64,000 nucleotides of DNA. Origin: an uncultured Bacillales bacterium. GTDB taxonomy: Bacteria > Bacillota_I > Bacilli_A > RFN20 > CAG-288. The notes beneath the pieces are model-generated. The model was given only the letters and a program-made list of their open reading frames with translations. It was not told the DNA's origin and did no database searches. The stretch covers positions 8,993-72,992 of the forward strand of contig CASEGJ010000003.1 in assembly GCA_949287425.1 (NCBI GenBank), in the 5' to 3' direction. Shown here piece by piece: positions 20,979 to 30,682 of the stretch (the first letter of the stretch is position 1; each line of letters opens with the position of its first letter). A program made the translations under genes and the position numbers.

Positions 20979-21440
20979 ATGAGCGCAAATAATCAAAACA
21001 AACCACTTGTAAAAAAATCTAAAGATTCCAAATGGAACTTTGTAACTATTTTAGCTTGTATTAGCGGCGGTATCGGTTTACTTTCTATTTTATTTATTCT
21101 TTGTCCTGGAATAACTTATCCATATACTGGATATTATAATTCCGGTTTTAATTTAGCTAGCATGATTTTTGGTAACGGCATGTGGGCTAGTTTAAATCCT
21201 GGTTTACTAATAGGCTTTATCATTATGATTATCTCTTCATTAGTTTGTTTCTTGGCCTTTGTAAAACAACAATTCGGTTTAATTTCTTGCCTTGGATTTA
21301 TAACTTCTGCTATCTTGTTTTTCTGCATTATTCCTTTATATGGAAACTATTCTGCTGGAATCGGCTCTGGTGCAATTTGTATAGCGACATTTAATTTACT
21401 ATGCGCTATATTATCGTTTATCTTTGCAACATATAGATAA
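20979..21440 (+). CDS. 4-TM small membrane protein (paralog pair B)
   Basis: 153 aa; same architecture, C-terminus LLCAILSFIFATY. Confidence 0.6.
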   Translation: MSANNQNKPLVKKSKDSKWNFVTILACISGGIGLLSILFILCPGITYPYTGYYNSGFNLASMIFGNGMWASLNPGLLIGFIIMIISSLVCFLAFVKQQFGLISCLGFITSAILFFCIIPLYGNYSAGIGSGAICIATFNLLCAILSFIFATYR

Positions 21441-21531
21441 TATAAATAAATACAATCTAAACAAATAAAAAGCTGTTAATTGCTGATATTCAAAGCATAT
21501 CAAATTAACAGTTTTTATTTTTAATCAAACA

Positions 21532-22018
21532 CTAAGCAAAGTAAGAAACTTCTCCTTCCAAGATATTTACTTGGCAACTATGTACTTTCATAAAATTGTC
21601 CATACTTGAAAAACTAACCATAAAACTTACCTGTAGCCCTTCTTTAAGATTACCGACATATTTGTCAAATCTTTCAACTAATTTGCTATTTTTATATAAA
21701 AATATAATTCTTAGTTTTAAGCCATCAATATCTACTTGTGGAACTATATTAAATTTATATCCCATATTAAAAAAATCAAACTCTGTATTTAAATTTAATT
21801 GAATATCATCTATTTTAACTGACCTTTTAAATGGAGTGTTGATGTTATTCTCACTAGATTTATTTAATTCTTTAAAAGCAGCAAACCCAATTAAAGTAAG
21901 CACTAAAATTATAATAACTGAAATACTAAATACTAAAAATACACGGGATTTTTTATCCGATGTATCTTCTTTATTTTCGCCTGTTTCTTTATTTTCTTTT
22001 TTTATCTAATTCTTCCAT
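21532..22018 (-). pseudogene. N-terminally anchored membrane/surface protein interrupted by a frameshift in a poly(A)7 tract (T7 on + strand at 21997-22003)
   Basis: ATG at 22018 reads MEELDKKRK* with A7; with A6 it reads MEELDKKENKETGENKEDTSDKKSRVFLVFSISVIIILVLTLIGFAAF... continuous with ORF 21532-21903. Confidence 0.5.
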
Positions 22019-22112
22019 ACTTAAATGTTATATCCTATGTAAATTATTTATCACGATAAAAAAGATGGTAAAACAAAAATAGTTAAACCTGTCCATTTTT
22101 TGTAACTATTTT

Positions 22113-23561
22113 TTATATAGATTTAAAATTTATTTGATTGCTATTTTTCTTAATATATGAATACTCATAGCTATTTAGCATTTCATATTGAGAGAAAATA
22201 ATTAAATATGGGAAAAGATATACTGGGGCAAAAAACGTGTTGTCAATCATTCCGTGAACTAAACCAATTATAAAAAATGTTATCAAAGGTAAAATTTGTT
22301 CTTTTTTAGCAAAAGTTATACTTGAAAAAATGGTTTCATAACTAAAGAAAACAAACCACAAAATTCCAACCACACCTAAACAAGCTAATAAAGTTATAAA
22401 AGTATTATGTCCTAAAGCGAAGAATGGAGGTGTTACATTATCTAAACCAGTAACAACAAAATAATCACCTATTTGATAAAATGAAGACCAAGAAGAACCG
22501 ATAATAGGAGATCTATTAAATAAATCCATACATAGTTCCCACACACCTTCTCTTCCAGATAAATTAGTTAAACTATTTAATAAATTACTAACTATTTCTT
22601 TAATTTGAGGAATACAAACTATCATAAGTAAAACTAGAGTAAATATTCCTATTAAAATAAAAGACCCGTTTTTTATCGTCTGTTTTATCTGTCGAGGCTT
22701 ATAACAAACAATAAACACACTTAAAATTATAACTAATATTATTGTTAGTTCCGCTCCTCTTGATTTAGATAAAAAGATTGTTACTACACTTATTAAAGCC
22801 AAAATAATCGCGTCTATTCTTTTTTTGTTAGAATTCCATATTAACGCTAAAAACGGAATACCTACTTCTAAACCTAGAGCTGTTACATTTTTAGAATTTG
22901 ACCAACCTAAAACAAAAGGATTTTCGTTTAAAGATTGACTATTTATTTTTATATAATTAACGAGAATTTCAACTAGAATAAATAAATTCCAAAAATAAAG
23001 AACCTTGCTTACATAAGAAGTGTTATCTATATTAATTGTATTTATCATAACTAAATAAACAACTACAATAAAACAGATTCCTAACGCAATTAATAAGCCT
23101 AATTTGTTATATCCTTGCCTTATAGAATAATCGTATGTGAAATAATTAATTATTGAAGAAATTAGCCCTAGTATAGAAAACAAAATTAAAGAGGCGCCAA
23201 CAGCTCCAAGTCTAAATTTAATTAACTTTTGCTGTCCTATTTTTTTACCTAACATTACTATTAACCCTAACAGAATAAAACAAGCTTCAATAACTATAGT
23301 TATTGGAAATGCGTCAAAATTTAAACTAGGGAAAGAAGAATATGAGAGCATATCAAATAAAATCAATTGAACTAAAACTAATCCGTTAGAAGAAAAAACA
23401 GCACAAAAAATAGAAATTAAAGGGACAACCCAACAAAAATAAATTCTATTAGGAACTAGCCACAAAACAAAAAATATAATAGTTTGAATAAACAAACTTC
23501 CATATGACATAAGATACTTATCCAAGTTGATATTTAATATTTGTTTAAACTTATCTATCAT
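22113..23561 (-). CDS. polytopic membrane protein, O-antigen ligase/Wzy-like
   Basis: 482 aa; ~12 TM with a large extracytoplasmic loop; weak Wzy_C-like pattern. Confidence 0.5.
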   Translation of the reverse strand: MIDKFKQILNINLDKYLMSYGSLFIQTIIFFVLWLVPNRIYFCWVVPLISIFCAVFSSNGLVLVQLILFDMLSYSSFPSLNFDAFPITIVIEACFILLGLIVMLGKKIGQQKLIKFRLGAVGASLILFSILGLISSIINYFTYDYSIRQGYNKLGLLIALGICFIVVVYLVMINTINIDNTSYVSKVLYFWNLFILVEILVNYIKINSQSLNENPFVLGWSNSKNVTALGLEVGIPFLALIWNSNKKRIDAIILALISVVTIFLSKSRGAELTIILVIILSVFIVCYKPRQIKQTIKNGSFILIGIFTLVLLMIVCIPQIKEIVSNLLNSLTNLSGREGVWELCMDLFNRSPIIGSSWSSFYQIGDYFVVTGLDNVTPPFFALGHNTFITLLACLGVVGILWFVFFSYETIFSSITFAKKEQILPLITFFIIGLVHGMIDNTFFAPVYLFPYLIIFSQYEMLNSYEYSYIKKNSNQINFKSI

Positions 23562-23569
23562 ATATTTTC

Positions 23570-24283
23570 CTATTCAATTAAATATGCTAAAACTGAAAGC
23601 AAATAAAAACAAGCTGTTTCAGCACGAAGTATTCTTTTTCCTAAACTTACTAACTTAAAATTATAGGTTTTAAACATTTCTACTTCCTGTAAGCTAAAAC
23701 CACCTTCTGGGCCAAATAAAACAACGTAATCATTTTCATTTGAGTCGATGATTGTTATTTTATTTCCTAATATAGCTTCTTGTTCATAAGCGATATATTT
23801 ATTTTGACAATTTGGATATAACTTAGCTAAATTTTCTAACGAATTTAATTCGTGCAATTTAGGGACAAAATCTCTATTAGATTGTTCGCTAGCATTTAGC
23901 AAAATAGAATTGTACCTATCAATTTTTAAATTAAATTCCTCTTTAGTAACTCTTTTTATAACTCTTGAAGAAATATAAGGGTAAATTTCTTTTACACCTA
24001 ATTCTGTAGCTTTTTGTAACACCAGCTCAAAATTATCTCTTTTTAATAACGGACAAAATAAAATTATATTTTTAGTTAATTCTCTAGATAATGACGAATC
24101 TTTTTTTTCAATAATTCTAACTTCAAATGGTTTTAAATTTGAAACTTCACACAGATAGACATTTCCATCATCACAAACTTCTATTTGTTCCAAATAATTT
24201 AAACGCAAAACTTTAATATGATCTAAACTAGCTTTAGAAAACTTGACAATTTGATTATCTACTTTTCCAAAAAATCTTCTCAT
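23570..24283 (-). CDS. rsmE: 16S rRNA (uracil1498-N3)-methyltransferase
   Basis: 237 aa; SPOUT C-terminal motifs (LFGPEGGF, LGKRILRAETA). Confidence 0.85.
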   Translation of the reverse strand: MRRFFGKVDNQIVKFSKASLDHIKVLRLNYLEQIEVCDDGNVYLCEVSNLKPFEVRIIEKKDSSLSRELTKNIILFCPLLKRDNFELVLQKATELGVKEIYPYISSRVIKRVTKEEFNLKIDRYNSILLNASEQSNRDFVPKLHELNSLENLAKLYPNCQNKYIAYEQEAILGNKITIIDSNENDYVVLFGPEGGFSLQEVEMFKTYNFKLVSLGKRILRAETACFYLLSVLAYLIE

Positions 24284-24469
24284 AACTTAAATTGTTAGAT
24301 ACGTATTAATTATATAATATATAGGACAATTTTTAAATTTTTATTCCGCTTTTTTAATTGTTTGTAGTTTAAATAATTAAATGCAAAATAAAATATCATT
24401 ATTTCATAATATGTGTTCTTAATTACTGAAAAGAAAATCATATTAATTATTTAATCGGTCTTATTTTTC

Positions 24470-24510
24470 ACTTAAAAAAGCCTCAATAATTAATCAATTA
24501 TCAAGGCTTT
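24470..24510 (-). terminator. intrinsic terminator after pectinesterase lipoprotein gene
   Basis: AAAGCCT...AGGCTTT stem then U-run on minus strand. Confidence 0.45.
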
Positions 24511-24528
24511 ATAAAATAAAATTAAATA

Positions 24529-26703
24529 TTAATCTGTTAAACTAGAAAATAAATTAATCACTAATCCATTAAGTGAATTGTATTCTTCTTGAGTTAAAAT
24601 TTTTCCTCCTAAAACTGCTTGTGTTATAGCTCCTTCTCCTTTATTGTTGTATTCGCTAAAATCAGCGTTTTGAGGTAAATTAGATGACATATCATCAAAT
24701 CTAGGATTCTTATTATCTACATTATCGTTATAGGCTTTTTTAGAAATAGAAGCATCCATATTACAATTAGCATATGTTATTTTCGATAAATTACCCCAAG
24801 GTCTAGCTAAAGAAACGGTTCCTGGAGTTACACCTTGTTCACCTACAATATTACAAGATTCAAAGAAGAAACCAACTTGAGGTTTAACTGATGGCTTACT
24901 TGTGCAAATATATCCTCCATTTGTCGAACTATTTCTATTTAAACAAGTAATATCACAGCTATTTAAATAAACATTAGAATCCTCACCAAAGATAAAATCT
25001 GTCATGCCTTGTATCTTGCATTGATAATACATTTGATTTCCTAATCTAGCGTATAAAGTATCTTGGAAACCGATAAAATTACAATTGTTAAATATTGCGT
25101 CATCATCAACAACAATAGCACAAGCTTGTTTATCTGAATTGGAATCAGAATTATATTCTTCCATTGATTTATATTTTGAATTTTCAAAAGTTATACCTGA
25201 AGCAGAGAAATTAGTTGCACCTTCAACAACTGTTACACTTGATGAACCATAAGTGGATACATTGTTATTATTTGCGTCTTTATCATAAGAGGCTAAATCG
25301 TAATTGATATTTACATTATTTGGATTATCAATATTACCGACTAAACTCACATTAGGAATTTCGATGTAGAGTTTTTCTTTATATGTTCCATCTGCAATTT
25401 CAATTACTTTTTTTGTTGAATCATCTAAATTACACGCTTTCAAGAAATCATGAGCATCTTGAATCTTGTTGAAGTTAATAATTTTATCTTTGTCAATAAA
25501 ACCATTTTGGCTAGAAGATGAAACTCTAACTTTATATTCTCCTTGACTATTTGGAGTTAATTTTGCTGGATCAATAACAGTTAATTTTATACTGCTAGTT
25601 TGACTTATCATACCTATCTTACCAGTTATAACAAGCTGTTTAGCCCCAGCTGAAGAAGTTTTTACTTCTGAAAAAGTCGGATTATCTAATTTCTTTTCAA
25701 AATCTCCATCTTTAGCTTTTACTATAATATTTGATGTATCAATTTGACTATTTAATATATATACTTTTGGAAAACGCAAAGCTTTTTTATTTGAAATAGT
25801 AAAATCAGAATAAACAGCTAATTCGCTAAATTGATGAATTGTTACTTCATATTGCTGAACTGAATAATCTTTATATTTAATAATTACAGGATAAGTTCCA
25901 GGTTCTGATTTAACATTAGATAAATCAATTTGATAATCTTTGCTATCGATATTTAACTTAGCACCATTATCATAATTAGCTTCAACAATTAATCCAGCTG
26001 TCGAAACTTCTTCTCCGACAAAATAATCTTTTTCAACAGTTTCAGTTTGAATAGAAAATCCAATTTCTTTTCCTAAATTGACATCTTCTTGTAAACCAGC
26101 ATAACAAATATGAATGTTATCTGAACCAGTATATTTATATACGCCAGGTTCAAGATTTAAATCATATTCAAAAATACTGCTAGAACCTTGTGGATTTGCT
26201 CTTGAATCAATAACAGCATTATTTTCATCAGTTAATATAAAATCACGAGAATTACTATTAGAAGGTTGAACAGCTAAATGCAATTTTGCGTTTTTTCCAG
26301 TAACAGTAATTTGTAAATATTGATTATTACTTTGTTTAAACGATTTAATTCTTCCTCCAGTATCTATTGTTTCTCCTTTTAAATTGGTTGCTTTTCTACT
26401 TCCAGATTCAAAAGTTAAACTTCCTTTACCTGCTAAAATTTTAAAAGTTGAATTTAATTCTTGATCTTGTGTTAAATCTAAATTTGCAACATCTTTAGCG
26501 ATTAATTCAGTTGTTTTTGTAACTAAATTTTCATCGATTGATGAACTTGATTCTGAAGATGATGAGTTCGACGATGTTATAGAGGTTGGACTTGAAGAAG
26601 TTGAAGAAATTGAACTAGATGAAATATTGCTAGTTTCACTATTACAAGCGACCAAACTAGCTAATAACAATGTTAGCGAAAATATTTTAAGACCTTTTTT
26701 CAT
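24529..26703 (-). CDS. surface lipoprotein with C-terminal pectin methylesterase (CE8) domain
   Basis: Lipobox LVAC, Ser-rich linker, beta-sandwich repeats. C-terminal has DGTYKEK (GxYxE), QACAIVV (QAVAL), GFQDTLY, GMTDFIFG and LARPWG (LGRPW) CE8 motifs. Confidence 0.75.
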   Translation of the reverse strand: MKKGLKIFSLTLLLASLVACNSETSNISSSSISSTSSSPTSITSSNSSSSESSSSIDENLVTKTTELIAKDVANLDLTQDQELNSTFKILAGKGSLTFESGSRKATNLKGETIDTGGRIKSFKQSNNQYLQITVTGKNAKLHLAVQPSNSNSRDFILTDENNAVIDSRANPQGSSSIFEYDLNLEPGVYKYTGSDNIHICYAGLQEDVNLGKEIGFSIQTETVEKDYFVGEEVSTAGLIVEANYDNGAKLNIDSKDYQIDLSNVKSEPGTYPVIIKYKDYSVQQYEVTIHQFSELAVYSDFTISNKKALRFPKVYILNSQIDTSNIIVKAKDGDFEKKLDNPTFSEVKTSSAGAKQLVITGKIGMISQTSSIKLTVIDPAKLTPNSQGEYKVRVSSSSQNGFIDKDKIINFNKIQDAHDFLKACNLDDSTKKVIEIADGTYKEKLYIEIPNVSLVGNIDNPNNVNINYDLASYDKDANNNNVSTYGSSSVTVVEGATNFSASGITFENSKYKSMEEYNSDSNSDKQACAIVVDDDAIFNNCNFIGFQDTLYARLGNQMYYQCKIQGMTDFIFGEDSNVYLNSCDITCLNRNSSTNGGYICTSKPSVKPQVGFFFESCNIVGEQGVTPGTVSLARPWGNLSKITYANCNMDASISKKAYNDNVDNKNPRFDDMSSNLPQNADFSEYNNKGEGAITQAVLGGKILTQEEYNSLNGLVINLFSSLTD

Positions 26704-26799
26704 AATTTATCCTTTCATAAATAAAAGCTCATTAATAGGATATTATAAAAAGTAAGCCCTTTCTATACTTAGACTGCCTATTTGTGCTATAAACACATC

Positions 26800-27429
26800 T
26801 TAATTATTAGAATAAACTAAATAATAAGTAACTCTATCAAATGTCTTATCATCCTTACAGTTAAATATCAATCTATCGTCTTGTTCAAAAATATAATTAG
26901 GTCCTGGTGAATTGATAATATTTCCATCTTTTTTATTAATTGCAACAATAGTAGCTTCTGTATAATTATAAAAATTGGTTTCTTGAATTGATTTACCGAT
27001 TATCCATGAATTTGTAGGAATATTAATTTCCGCCAAATTCAGTTTTTCTTTTGATTGATAACGAATAGATTCATAAAAATCTTTTAACTTATTTTCTATT
27101 TCTAAATCTATTTGAGCTTTTTTCTTAAACAAATCTTCTATTTGGTTATATTTTAAACTAGCTATCGTTTCTTTTTGATTGCTAATTTCAAATTCTCTTG
27201 CGTGTAATATCGATCTAACTATAATTCCTACTCCTCGTTTAAGTTCAACGATTTTATGTTTTTCCAATATATTAATTGCTTTTCTAACTGTTTCGGGAGA
27301 AACATTATAAAAAGAAGCGAGAACTGTTCTTCCTTTTAATACAGTTCCTTCTTTATAAATGTTATTAGCTATCTTGCTTGCGATATCTGTCGCTATTTTA
27401 ATATAACGTGGGGTTGAATTTTCTTCCAT
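26800..27429 (-). CDS. GntR-family transcriptional regulator
   Basis: N-terminal GntR wHTH (ASFYNVSPETVRKAINILE), C-terminal effector domain. Confidence 0.75.
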   Translation of the reverse strand: MEENSTPRYIKIATDIASKIANNIYKEGTVLKGRTVLASFYNVSPETVRKAINILEKHKIVELKRGVGIIVRSILHAREFEISNQKETIASLKYNQIEDLFKKKAQIDLEIENKLKDFYESIRYQSKEKLNLAEINIPTNSWIIGKSIQETNFYNYTEATIVAINKKDGNIINSPGPNYIFEQDDRLIFNCKDDKTFDRVTYYLVYSNN

Positions 27430-27553
27430 AATTTCTATATGTTTAGTTTATCATAAAAATATATGTTTTTTTTAAATATATATTTGTATAATTTAGAATT
27501 TTCTTGAATTAACAAATATTTACTGATATTCTATATATAGAAAGGAAACAAAA

Positions 27554-27928
27554 ATGATTACTTGGTTTTCTAAAACAGATATAAAGGCTATTGCCACTAT
27601 TTCTACAACAAATATAACTGTTAATAAAGTTGGTTCAAAATATCTTGAACAAGCTTATTTTGTTCAATTAGGTTTAGATAAACAAAACAAGCAAATTATT
27701 ATTCATCCATTAACTAAACAAGAAGCAGACTTAAATTTAATCGAACAAGATAGTTTATTTAAACTATCTATTCATTCTTCTTATGCAAGAATTTCATCTA
27801 CTGCTTTTATAAATTTTATTTCAGAAACTTTTTCGATAAAATATAATAAAAACGGGACTAAATATATCTGCAACTACGATTTAAACAATAAAAATTTAGT
27901 TATAGATCTTTCAAAGGAGGTCAAATAA
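27554..27928 (+). CDS. hypothetical protein
   Basis: 124-aa ORF upstream of the nfeD-SPFH pair. Confidence 0.4.
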   Translation: MITWFSKTDIKAIATISTTNITVNKVGSKYLEQAYFVQLGLDKQNKQIIIHPLTKQEADLNLIEQDSLFKLSIHSSYARISSTAFINFISETFSIKYNKNGTKYICNYDLNNKNLVIDLSKEVK

Positions 27929-27929
27929 A

Positions 27930-28394
27930 ATGATTGAAGAATACATGGTATATATATGGTTAGGTATCTTTGTTATATCTTTAATTGTCGAAGCTTGCAC
28001 TTTTGAACTAGTATCTATTTGGTTTTGTTTAGGTAGTTTAGTTGCTTTGATTTGTTCATTTATTCCTAATCTTGCTTTCTACTATGAAATAATTATTTTC
28101 TTTGCTATCTCAATAATTACTTTACTTTCATTTAGACCTTTAGCAAATAAAGCTCTAAAACGAAAAATAACGAAATCTAATATTGATGAAATTATCGGTC
28201 AAAAAGGAATAGTCACTAAAAAAATTGACGATTTAAATGGTGGAGAGGTCAAAATTAGAGATGTCATATGGACTGCTTTACCATATAAAAATGATATAAT
28301 TATTTTAGAAGGTGAAAAAATAGAGGTCATTTCATTAAAAGGTAACAAACTTTATGTTAAGCCTATTGATCAAACTTCAAGAAAGGAAAATTAA
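27930..28394 (+). CDS. NfeD-like membrane protein (short form) partner of SPFH protein
   Basis: N-terminal TM helices plus C-terminal OB-fold; overlaps downstream SPFH gene. Confidence 0.7.
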   Translation: MIEEYMVYIWLGIFVISLIVEACTFELVSIWFCLGSLVALICSFIPNLAFYYEIIIFFAISIITLLSFRPLANKALKRKITKSNIDEIIGQKGIVTKKIDDLNGGEVKIRDVIWTALPYKNDIIILEGEKIEVISLKGNKLYVKPIDQTSRKEN

Positions 28395-28396
28395 TT

Positions 28397-29347
28397 ATGG
28401 GAGGAGTTATTGCTGCTGTCGTTTCAATTTCGGTTATCGCTTTACTTATCATTATCATTTTAATTTCTTCATTAAGAATAGTTAAACAAACCAAAAAATA
28501 CGTTATTGAAAGATTTGGTGCTTATATTAAAACTTGGTCAGTTGGAATCCACTTTTTGATTCCTTTTGTCGATAGAGTAGCTAAGGTTGTTTCAATGAAA
28601 GAACAAATTCAAGATTTCCCACCTCAACCTGTTATTACTAAAGATAATGTCACTATTCAAATTGATACTATTGTATTTTTCTCAGTAACCGATCCTAAAT
28701 TATATACTTATGGTGTTGAAAATCCAATTAACGCTATTGAATCTTTAACAGCTACTACCTTGAGAAATATAATCGGTGAACTTGAACTTGATCAAACTTT
28801 AACTTCTAGAGATATCATTAATTCTAAAATGAGAGCTATTCTTGATGAAGCTACTGATCCTTGGGGAATTAAAGTTGTTCGTGTTGAAGTTAAAAATATC
28901 ATCCCTCCAAAAGATATCCGCGATGCTATGGAAAGACAAATGAGAGCTGAGCGTGATAGAAGAGAAAAGATATTGCTTGCGGAAGGTACTAAACAATCGG
29001 ATATTTTAACTGCTGAAGGTAAAAAACAAGCTGCCATTTTACAAGCGGAAGCTGAAAAAGAAGCCGCCATCAAAAAAGCTGAAGGTCAAGCTGAATCAAT
29101 TAAAAAAGTTAAACAAGCTGAAGCTGAAGGTTTACTTATGCTAAAACAAGCTGAAGCTAAATCTATAGAACTATTAAATCAAGCTAACCCATCTAAAGAA
29201 GTACTTACTATTCGTTCATTAGAAGCTCTAGCTAAAATAGGTGATGGCAATTCAACAAAATTAATTATCCCTGCTGACATGCAAAATATCGCTAGTTTAA
29301 CTGCTAGTTTAACTGATATAGTTTCTTCAGTAAAAAAAGACAAATAA
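28397..29347 (+). CDS. SPFH/band-7 (stomatin/prohibitin-like) membrane protein
   Basis: 316 aa; N-terminal TM, SPFH domain, Ala/Glu/Lys-rich coiled-coil tail. Confidence 0.9.
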   Translation: MGGVIAAVVSISVIALLIIIILISSLRIVKQTKKYVIERFGAYIKTWSVGIHFLIPFVDRVAKVVSMKEQIQDFPPQPVITKDNVTIQIDTIVFFSVTDPKLYTYGVENPINAIESLTATTLRNIIGELELDQTLTSRDIINSKMRAILDEATDPWGIKVVRVEVKNIIPPKDIRDAMERQMRAERDRREKILLAEGTKQSDILTAEGKKQAAILQAEAEKEAAIKKAEGQAESIKKVKQAEAEGLLMLKQAEAKSIELLNQANPSKEVLTIRSLEALAKIGDGNSTKLIIPADMQNIASLTASLTDIVSSVKKDK

Positions 29348-29354
29348 TTTAAAT

Positions 29355-29383
29355 GGTTTACTTTTAGAAGTAGACCGTTTTTA
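29355..29383 (+). terminator. intrinsic terminator after SPFH gene
   Basis: GGTTTACTT-TTAG-AAGTAGACC stem plus T-run. Confidence 0.45.
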
Positions 29384-29514
29384 ATACTTGTTGTTATTTT
29401 TTAGTTTTTTTAGGCTGGATATCAACTTTTTTTACTTTTTATTGTTATATATTTCATATATAATATTTAATGCTTAAGTATTTTTACTTAATGAATAAAG
29501 GAAGTTAATATAAT

Positions 29515-30609
29515 ATGAATACAATTAAATTTTTCTTCAAATCTTTAAAAGAAAATATTTGCATTTTGTTAGAAGAACAAAAATGGTGGTTCGCTGTCAT
29601 TATTTTAATTGTCTCTTTAACAATTTCAGTTTCTACTACTCTTTCAACTGGTTATGGTCAAAATGTAAGTGGAGTTATTAACACTTCTTCTGATGCTGCT
29701 GTCGATAGAAGTTTAACTTTATTTGCTGAGTCTTTTAAAGATAATTCTATGGATATTGTCGATCACAAATTAGTTGTTAGCGGTGCTGACTTTACTAAAA
29801 ATCAAGGCGTTTTAAATTCTGAATCTGCCGCTAATAATGTTATTGAACCTAATATCGATATTAAATATACAGTTAACGGTACTGAAAAATCTATTTTATA
29901 CATTTATATTTTCCCTGATTTTAACGCTTATGAAAGCGAAGAAAACACCAATACTTTGACTGCTTTTATGAATAAATCCATATATAAAATGGTCGATCAA
30001 AATGGCACTCAAACTCCTAGCTGGACTCCTACTTCATTTTTAATTTTCACTCAAGGCTCTGTTCATATGGCTAGCTTTAACGCTGTTACTCAATTAAATG
30101 ATGATGGTTCCACTAATGCTAGCGCTTCTGCTTTAGCTACTGCTTCTGGTATTTTTAATGGTATTGATAATACATCTATCGATAGTTTATTTGTCGATGA
30201 TAACGACAATATATTAAACACACCAACTATATTGTCAAATTTTACTGATTTTTTAAACAAATGTTACGATTCTATTAAGATTCCTACTGTTTGGGCTACT
30301 ACAGGAATTTACTTTGCAATTAACTTTGCTATCATCTTCCTCGCTGGTGCAATTTTCTGGATGTTAACTAGAAAGAAAGAATTGGCAGATGGATTAAAGT
30401 TCAACTTCTGGCAATCTTGCAAAGTTAGTATCTTTGAATCTACCACCCCTTCTATTATCGCGTGTTTATGCGGTTTATTTATGGGACAATACAGTTCATT
30501 TATCTTGCTAATTATTATGGCTTTTAGAATTTCATCTTCAATTAGTAAACTTACTAAACCTAGCGTTAATAACAACTCAGATACTCCTGTATATAAAGCT
30601 AGATCGTAA
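29515..30609 (+). CDS. membrane protein (N-terminal TM, extracytoplasmic domain, C-terminal TM bundle), probable accessory of downstream ABC transporter
   Basis: ORF and hydropathy only. Confidence 0.5.
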   Translation: MNTIKFFFKSLKENICILLEEQKWWFAVIILIVSLTISVSTTLSTGYGQNVSGVINTSSDAAVDRSLTLFAESFKDNSMDIVDHKLVVSGADFTKNQGVLNSESAANNVIEPNIDIKYTVNGTEKSILYIYIFPDFNAYESEENTNTLTAFMNKSIYKMVDQNGTQTPSWTPTSFLIFTQGSVHMASFNAVTQLNDDGSTNASASALATASGIFNGIDNTSIDSLFVDDNDNILNTPTILSNFTDFLNKCYDSIKIPTVWATTGIYFAINFAIIFLAGAIFWMLTRKKELADGLKFNFWQSCKVSIFESTTPSIIACLCGLFMGQYSSFILLIIMAFRISSSISKLTKPSVNNNSDTPVYKARS

Positions 30610-30682
30610 ATTTAATCCGCTATTAATGCGGATTTTTTAAGTTTATTTTAATATTAATATTTATAATCAATTCTTGTAAATT

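Noticed and set aside
28792-29073. Two overlapping minus-strand ORFs inside the SPFH gene, plus 30309..30575, 31405..31614, 34528..34749, 35169..35435, 35861..36115, 37943..38146, 44729..44941, 48811..48993, 50388..50585, 52300..52584, 54759..54941, 55969..56232, 59266..59454, 60965..61282, 63635..63874
   Set aside because: All are embedded in, or antisense to, stronger gene calls; no motifs.
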